Of a stretch of 41,494 nucleotides of DNA, positions 35,061 through 41,494 are shown piece after piece. The notes under the pieces are model-generated. The model was not told where the DNA came from. It ran no database searches and was given only the letters and a program-made list of their open reading frames with translations. The DNA is from Nitrospirota bacterium (GTDB lineage: Bacteria; Nitrospirota; JACRHJ01), in contig CAVTDB010000011.1 of the NCBI GenBank assembly GCA_963733375.1, positions 1 to 41,494 of the forward strand. The letters run 5' to 3'. The translations under genes and the position numbers were made by a program. Position 1 is the first letter of the stretch. Each line of letters begins with the position of its first letter.

Positions 35061-36162
35061 CCTGAAAGCGCAATACAGCACCATTAAAGAAGACGTTATC
35101 GGCGCCATGATGGAGGTGCTGGAGGCCCAGCATTTCATACTCGGGCCGAAGGTGACGGAACTGGAGAGGCAGGTCGCCCAGTACTCGGAAACCAAGTGGG
35201 GAGTAGGCGTATCCTCCGGAAGCGACGCCCTCATCATATCCCTGATGGGTCTTGAGGTAGGCCAGGGTGATTATGTCATCACCACGCCGTATACCTTTTT
35301 CGCCACGGCCGGCGCGGCCGCAAGGGTCGGCGCCATCCCCGTATTCGCGGACATCGACCCGAAAACATATAATATCGACCCGGCAAAAATAGCCAAGGCG
35401 GCCGCAAAGATACCCAAGGGTAAACTGAAGGCGATAATACCGGTGCATCTCTACGGCCAGTGCTGCGACATGGACGGGGTCATGGAAGTCGCGCGTGAAT
35501 ACGGCGCGGCGGTAATCGAGGACGCGGCCCAGGCGATAGGCGCAAGGGACCGCCACGGCCGCCCGGCCGGGAGCATCGGGGATACCGGGTGCTTCTCGTT
35601 CTTCCCCAGCAAGAACCTGGGCTGCTTAGGGGACGGCGGGATGGTGGTGACAAGCCGCGACGACCTGAAGGACAAGCTGACCATCCTCCGCGCGCATGGA
35701 AGCAGTCCGAAATATTTCCATAAGATAATCGGCGGCAATTTCCGCCTGGACGCCCTCCAGGCGTCGGTGCTCTCGGTGAAGCTCAGGCACCTGGACCTCT
35801 GGAGCGAGAAGAGGCAGGAAAACGCGGACCTGTACAACATGCTGCTTGCCGAGGCCGGGCTTCCGGTCGAGACGCCGTATATAGAAGAAGGATGCCGGCA
35901 TATATTCAATCAATACGTAATCCGGGCGAAGGACAGGGACCTCTTAATGAACTTCCTGAAGGAAAAAGGAGTCGGTACGGAAGTGTATTATCCCCTTCCG
36001 ATGCACCTTCAGGAGTGTTTTAGCTATCTGGGGTATAAAGAAGGCGATTTCCCCGAAAGCGAGAAGGCCGCAAGACAGACCCTCGCGCTGCCGGTATACC
36101 CGGAACTCAGTTCGGACGCGATAGCCTACGTCGTGGAGCGGATAAAGGAATTTTACGCTTAA
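35041..36162 (+). CDS. DegT/DnrJ/EryC1/StrS aminotransferase (WbpE/WlbC-like)
   Basis: [41 protein letters not shown]. Confidence 0.9.
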   Translation: MKVPLLDLKAQYSTIKEDVIGAMMEVLEAQHFILGPKVTELERQVAQYSETKWGVGVSSGSDALIISLMGLEVGQGDYVITTPYTFFATAGAAARVGAIPVFADIDPKTYNIDPAKIAKAAAKIPKGKLKAIIPVHLYGQCCDMDGVMEVAREYGAAVIEDAAQAIGARDRHGRPAGSIGDTGCFSFFPSKNLGCLGDGGMVVTSRDDLKDKLTILRAHGSSPKYFHKIIGGNFRLDALQASVLSVKLRHLDLWSEKRQENADLYNMLLAEAGLPVETPYIEEGCRHIFNQYVIRAKDRDLLMNFLKEKGVGTEVYYPLPMHLQECFSYLGYKEGDFPESEKAARQTLALPVYPELSSDAIAYVVERIKEFYA

Positions 36163-36175
36163 AGTGGAGTCAGCC

Positions 36176-37393
36176 ATGAAAAAAATGTTCATCCCTTTTT
36201 CCGTACCCTTTATAGGTAAAGAAGAGATCGACTCCGTGGTCGATACCCTGAGGTCCGGCTGGCTAACTACCGGGCCCAAGACGAAACAGTTCGAGGCGGA
36301 CTTCGCCTCGTACATAGGCTGCAAGCACGCCATAGCCGTGAACTCATGCACCGCGGCTTTGCATCTGGCGATGGATGCGGTAGGGGTGGGTAAGGGTGAT
36401 AGTGTCCTGACCACTCCCATGACTTTCGCCGCGACCGCGGAAGTCATCGAGTACATGGGGGCGACGCCAAGGTTCGTGGACATAGACCCGGGTACGCTGA
36501 ACATGTCGCCCGTGCTCCTCGAGCAGACGCTTCTGTCCATGCCCGAGGAGGAGCGCGCGAAGGTAAAGGCGATAATCCCGGTGCATATGGCCGGACAGCC
36601 CTGCGACATGGACCCCATAACCGAAACGGCAAAGAGATACGGGCTGAAGGTCGTGGAGGACGCGGCGCATACCATGCCCGCCAGATACAAGGGGCGGATG
36701 GTGGGGACGATTAGCGGGATAACGTGCTTCTCCTTCTATCCCACCAAGTGCATCACCACGGGTGAAGGGGGGATGGTGACCACGGACGACGATGAATATG
36801 CGGACCGGATGCGGGTGATGAGCCTGCACGGGATCTCAAGGGGCGCGTGGAACCGCTACTCGAAGGAAGGCTCCTGGTATTACGAGGTCCTTGAGCCGGG
36901 CTTCAAGTATAACCTGCCGGACGTCCTTTCCGCTATCGGCATCGGGCAGCTCAGGCGCTCGGAGGAGCTGCTGGAGCTTCGGATGCGGCACGCCGAAATC
37001 TATAACCAGGCCTTTAAGGATATGCCGGGGATAGAGCTGCCGGAGATCTCTCCGGACGTGGAACATTCATGGCACCTGTACATCATAAAGCTGAACCTGG
37101 AGATGCTCTGCATAGACAGGGGGCAATTTATAGAGGAGCTTCGGGAGCGCGGCGTGTTCGCGTCGGTCCACTTCATCCCCCTGCACATCCACCCGTATTA
37201 CCGGGAAAAATACGGCTATGAACCGTCCGATTTTCCGAGGGCGGATGAGCAATACCAGAGGATGCTATCACTGCCGTTCTATCCTAAAATGAGCGACGAG
37301 GAGTTGGATTACGTCATAGAAACTGTCAGGGAGGTCCTTGAAAGGAACTATGTTAAACAAATTGCCGAGACGGGCAGCGGCTTAGCCGCGTAA
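36176..37393 (+). CDS. Second DegT-family aminotransferase (WlbF/PglE-like)
   Basis: SGWLTTGPK, VNSCTAALHL, VEDAAH, FSFYPTKCITTGEGG, GFKYNL, SVHFIPLH. Confidence 0.9.
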   Translation: MKKMFIPFSVPFIGKEEIDSVVDTLRSGWLTTGPKTKQFEADFASYIGCKHAIAVNSCTAALHLAMDAVGVGKGDSVLTTPMTFAATAEVIEYMGATPRFVDIDPGTLNMSPVLLEQTLLSMPEEERAKVKAIIPVHMAGQPCDMDPITETAKRYGLKVVEDAAHTMPARYKGRMVGTISGITCFSFYPTKCITTGEGGMVTTDDDEYADRMRVMSLHGISRGAWNRYSKEGSWYYEVLEPGFKYNLPDVLSAIGIGQLRRSEELLELRMRHAEIYNQAFKDMPGIELPEISPDVEHSWHLYIIKLNLEMLCIDRGQFIEELRERGVFASVHFIPLHIHPYYREKYGYEPSDFPRADEQYQRMLSLPFYPKMSDEELDYVIETVREVLERNYVKQIAETGSGLAA

Positions 37394-37407
37394 CGGAGCA
37401 ATACACG

Positions 37408-38000
37408 ATGGGAATCCTAAAAAGGTTATTCGATATTGTGTTCTCATTGCTGGGGCTTGTCTTTCTCTCCCCGTTTTTGTGCCTTTCGGCGCTTGCGATA
37501 AAGATGCAGGACGGCGGGCCGGTATTTTTCAGGCAGGAGAGGATAGGGAAGGGCCTTCGGCCCTTCAAGATGTACAAGTTCCGCTCGATGACCCCTGAAA
37601 CGTCCGGGACGGGCCCTTCCATCACGGTAGAAGGCGACGCGAGGGTGACGAAGCTCGGCAGGGCCTTAAGGAAGATGAAGGTGGACGAACTGCCCCAGCT
37701 TATAAACGTCCTGAAGGGGGATATGAGCCTGGTCGGGCCGCGCCCGGAGGTATGGAAATACGTAAACCATTTCATATCCGATTTCCGGGAGGTGCTGAAA
37801 GTACGCCCCGGCATCACCGACTACGCCTCCATTGTCTATCATGACGAGGAGGAAGTGCTAAGGAGGCTCGGACGACCCGGAGAATTTTTATCTCAAGACG
37901 ATACTCCCGGCGAAGATCGCGCTGAACAAACAATACGTGCGGGAGATGAGTTTAGTCCGCGACGTGGACATAATCATGCGGACGTTTGCCGCCCTTTTCC
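37408..38000 (+). CDS. Monotopic phosphoglycosyl transferase (bacterial sugar transferase, PglC/WlbG-like; frameshift near 37870)
   Basis: KRLFDI, FFRQERIG, YKFRSM, DELPQL, GDMSLVGPRPE, VRPGITD; corrected C-terminus YVREMSLVRDVDIIMRT. Confidence 0.88.
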
Positions 38001-39948
38001 AGGCCGGTTCTCGCGGTGCTGCGGGATGTTCCGCACCACGGCCTGCGAGCTGTGCGGCACACGGGCAAACGGTTCTACACCGTCAGGGAATTTATAATCA
38101 CCTACAGGGGCTTCTTCGTCTTCTTCTTTCACGCCTCCGCCGTAGTAGTCGCGAATTATATCGCATTTTTGATCCTGTTCGAGGGAGCGATACCCGCAAG
38201 GCTCGCCAGGATCATGCCGTACTCCATACTGCTCGTCCTGGCGGTCCGCCTTCCGCTCTTCAAGGCCTTCGGCCTGTACAAGGGACTCTGGAAATACACC
38301 GGCATCAGCGACGTAATCAGGATAGTCTTTTCCGTCACCGTCGGGACGCTTGTATATATGACGCTCGATCGCATCTGGCTCTTCGGGGCCCTGGACATTC
38401 CGCTATCGGTCGTCGTCATGGACTGGCTCCTGACGATGGCGTTCATCAACAGCATAAGGCTCCTGCTGAGGGTTTACGAGGACTACGTCGTTTCCGACAA
38501 GAAGGGGAAAAAGGTCCTTATAATCGGCGCGGGCAACGCCGGCGAAATGATCGTCAGGGACATGCGCAAGAACCTGCACCTGCACAAACCGGTCGGCTTC
38601 GTGGACGACGACCGGCGCAAGAAGGGCCTGTCCATCCACGGCGTGCCCATACTCGGGACTACCGAAGACCTGTTCGCCATAATAAGCGAATACAGGCCGG
38701 AAGAGGTGCTTATCGCGATACCCTCCGCGAAGCCCGAGACCATGATTGCCTTGATGAAAAGTTAGTTGAGATAAGCTTCCGATAAAGACCCTGCCCTCAA
38801 TCAGCGACATCATAAGCGGGCACGTGAGCATTAACCAGATAAAACCGCTGGAACTGGAAGACTTGATGGCGCGGCCTCCCGTGCAGGCGGACAGGGAGCT
38901 GCTGGGCGAATTCATAAAGGGGAGGACGGTGATGGTCACCGGGGCCGGGGGTTCTATAGGCTCCGAGATTTGCAGGCAGGCGCTGGCCCTTGGCGCGAAG
39001 GCGGTCGTCGCGTACGAGCGGCACGAGAACAGCCTTTACAACCTGGAGATGGAAGTCCGGAGCAAGGACAAAAATGCGCCCCTGTACCCGGTAATCGGCG
39101 ACGTAAACGACAGGCACAGGCTGGACGAAATCTTTACCTGCTACGCGCCCGATACCGTCTTCCACGCCGCGGCGCACAAGCACGTCCCGATGATGGAGGT
39201 GAACCCGCGCGAGGCGATATACAATAATATCCTGGGCACCCGCAAATGCGCGCTTCTTGCCGGAGAGCACGGGGTGGAGCGGTTCGTCCTTATCTCCACC
39301 GACAAGGCGGTCAATCCAAGCTCCGTGATGGGCGCCTCGAAACGTGCCTGCGAGCTTGTAGTCCACGCGTTTAACGAAGGCTCCTCCACCAAGTACATCA
39401 CCGTCCGGTTCGGCAACGTCCTGGGCTCGTCGGGGAGCGTCGTGCCGCTATTCAGGGACCAGATAAAGCGCGGCGGCCCCGTGACGATAACCCACCCGGA
39501 CATCGTGCGCTTCCTGATGCTGATTCCGGAGGCGGTACAGCTCGTGCTCCAGGCGGCAAGCATCGGGGACGGCGGCGAGATATTCGTGCTGGACATGGGC
39601 GAGCCGATGAAGATTGCGGACCTTGCCAGGAACTTGATCGTCCTGGAAGGCTATGAACCCGATAAAGACATCAAGCTGGAATATGTCGGTCTCAGGCCGG
39701 GCGAAAAGCTCTACGAGGAGCTCTTCGATAAAAGTGAGGACGTCTCCCTGACTAAGGCCAGCAAGGTATTCATGGCCATATCGAAGGACCTTCCGGACCG
39801 GGCCGCTATAGCGAAATTCGGGCACCTGCTTGAGCAGTGCGTGATAAGGAAGGACACCGACGGGATGCTAAGACAGCTCTGCCGGCTGGTGAATACCTAT
39901 ACGTACAACGGGCAGGTGGGCGCGGAGGAGATCAAAAAGGCGGCGTAA
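38001..39948 (+). CDS. Membrane-bound nucleotide-sugar 4,6-dehydratase (CapD/PglF/WbpM/WlbL-like; frameshift near 38770; start unclear)
   Basis: Four TM segments, IIGAGNAG, GFVDDD, VTGAGGSIGSE, HAAAHKHVP, ISTDKAVNPSSVMGASK, VRFGNVLGS, GLRPGEKLYEEL. Confidence 0.9.
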
Positions 39949-40000
39949 AAGAGGGAATGTCAATTCTCAGCGAGCGAAAAATCTTAATTGTAGGGGCCGA

Positions 40001-40026
40001 CCCGCCGGATTTCGGCGGGGTTTTTT
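40001..40026 (+). terminator. Intrinsic terminator ending the polysaccharide cluster
   Basis: cccgccg-gattt-cggcggg followed by g and T6. Confidence 0.75.
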
Positions 40027-40041
40027 CAGTTGAAAGCTGCT

Positions 40042-40376
40042 TTACTGGTGCTCATAAGTCTTGGTTCGCAGTTGCAGGTTGTTTGTACGCTCACGACGCC
40101 CTTTGTGCTCGGGCGATCTCGCCTGCCCTCTTGATCGCCTCTTTCGTGTCCACGAACCCGCTCAACTGGACGACGCCATTATAGGTATTCACGTCAATCT
40201 CGTGCGCCTTCGTCATCGGGTCGCCGATAAGGTCCGCGCTGATCTTCGCGGAGATGGTCTTGTCGTCCAGATACACGCCGGACGACCGCGATTGTCGCTC
40301 TGAGACGCGCATCCGATAACGCCGCCAGGACCACCAGGACCGCGGCCACCGCCAAGTATATTTAGCTCTCCTCCAT
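40042..40376 (-). CDS. BON-domain lipoprotein (several frameshifts)
   Basis: Reconstructed signal ..LAVAAVLVVLAALSGC (lipobox), DDKTISAKI..IDVNTYNGVVQLSGFVD..GVVSVQNNL. Confidence 0.75.
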
Positions 40377-40426
40377 GATTCCCGCCTTAACTTCAAGGAT
40401 TTCGGAAAAACTGTCCTGCAGGAAAA

Positions 40427-40454
40427 AGTCTAACGTATCCTAATGGGCTGTCAA
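40427..40454 (-). promoter_or_regulatory. Putative sigma70 promoter for the BON gene
   Basis: Minus strand TTGACA-N16-TAGACT. Confidence 0.4.
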
Positions 40455-40523
40455 ACAGCGTGGGGCGCTTAAGTGGTGAATTTGGAAGGATTTTTTTATA
40501 GAGCGGCTATGGCGCAGTAGTGT

Positions 40524-41494
40524 TCAACGCGGCTTTACGGCTAATTTTAACGCCCGTTCAAGGTCCCTCTATCAGGTCATCTGCGTCCTCGATACCCACG
40601 GAAAGCCGGACGGTGCCCTCGGTGATCCCGCGGGAGAGCTTCTCCGCGGCGGGCAGTGGCCCGTGACTCATGGTCCACGGATGCCCGGCCAGGGACTCCA
40701 CTCCTCCGAGGCTTCGGCAAGAAAAAACACTTCGAGCGTCCAGAAACGCCTTGGTCGCCGGGAGACCGCCCTTAAGCCGCACCGTCACCATGCCCCCGAA
40801 ACCCCGCATCTGGGATTTTGCCACCACATGGCCGGGATGGACCTCTAACCCCGGATAATACACTTCCTCCGCCAGGGGGTGCGCCGTCAGGAAGCGCGCA
40901 ACGGCAAGCGCATTGGCTTCGTGCTGGCGCATCCGCACGGCGAGCGTCTTGATCCCCTTAGTGCAAGCCAGCAGTCGAAAGGCCCGGGCACCGCCCCGGC
41001 AAGCCGAAGATATAGCTGGACCTTCTGAAATATCTCCTGGTTCGAAGTTATTACCGCGCCGCCGATTAAGGGCCCAGTGTCCCCCGATGTACTTGGTCGT
41101 GGAATGTACCACCACGTCCGCACCCAGTTCCAGCGGGTTCTGGAAGTAAGGCGTGGCAAACGTGTTGTCCACTACTAAAGGGATGGCGAGGGCCTTGCAT
41201 CTCAGGGCGATAGCGCGTATATCCGAAATCCCAAGTAACGGGTTGGCCGGAGACTCAAGCCATACCATCTTCACCGTTTTGTCAATCTTCGAGACGAAAG
41301 AGTCCGCGTCGGACGAGCCGGCATAGGCCGCGGTGACCCCGTTCCTTGCAAGGAGCCTGTCGAATATCCCGTAGGTCCCGCCGTAGAGGTCTTCCGAGAC
41401 CAGCGCCTTCTCACCCGGCTGCAGCACGGAGAGCACGGCCATGGACGCCGCCTGGCCGGACGCGAAAGCGACGCAGTGATTTTGCTCCCTCAAG
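40524..41494 (-). CDS. Cystathionine gamma-synthase/lyase family PLP enzyme (5' truncated by the window; frameshifts)
   Basis: FASGQAA, DLYGGT, LESPANP, VVDNTFATP, HSTTKYIGGH, SLGGVESL, RLSVGIED. Confidence 0.9.

Overview
GC-rich bacterial chromosome segment spanning the replication origin; the gene order is loosely Nitrospirota/deltaproteobacterial-like, but taxonomy is not certain. It reads yidC'-yidD-rnpA-rpmH <- oriC -> dnaA-(RhuM-like)-dnaN-recF-gyrB-(RelBE/ParDE-like TA pair)-gyrA-rpmE-DUF1385-prfA-prmC-murA-hisD-G-C-B-H-A-F-(small coiled-coil)-(adenosine-kinase family)-hisIE. Next come a surface-polysaccharide cluster (wza, wzc, amidohydrolase, glmS, wbpA/B/D/E-like, second DegT aminotransferase, phosphoglycosyl transferase, CapD/PglF dehydratase) and convergent BON-lipoprotein and cystathionine gamma-synthase/lyase genes. 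Many essential genes carry 1-bp frameshifts, most simply explained by an unpolished long-read assembly. The most striking unexplained signal is a family of 13 intergenic repeat loci (24 units) in the first 25 kb. Each unit is a pyrimidine/purine hairpin plus a third purine tract that mirrors the hairpin's purine arm, and the mirror relationship co-varies across subtypes, the signature of an intrastrand triple helix. Units mostly occur as inward-facing pairs starting at stop codons. Three units carry nested hairpin inserts, two being the same ~32-bp element at mirror-equivalent positions in opposite orientation.
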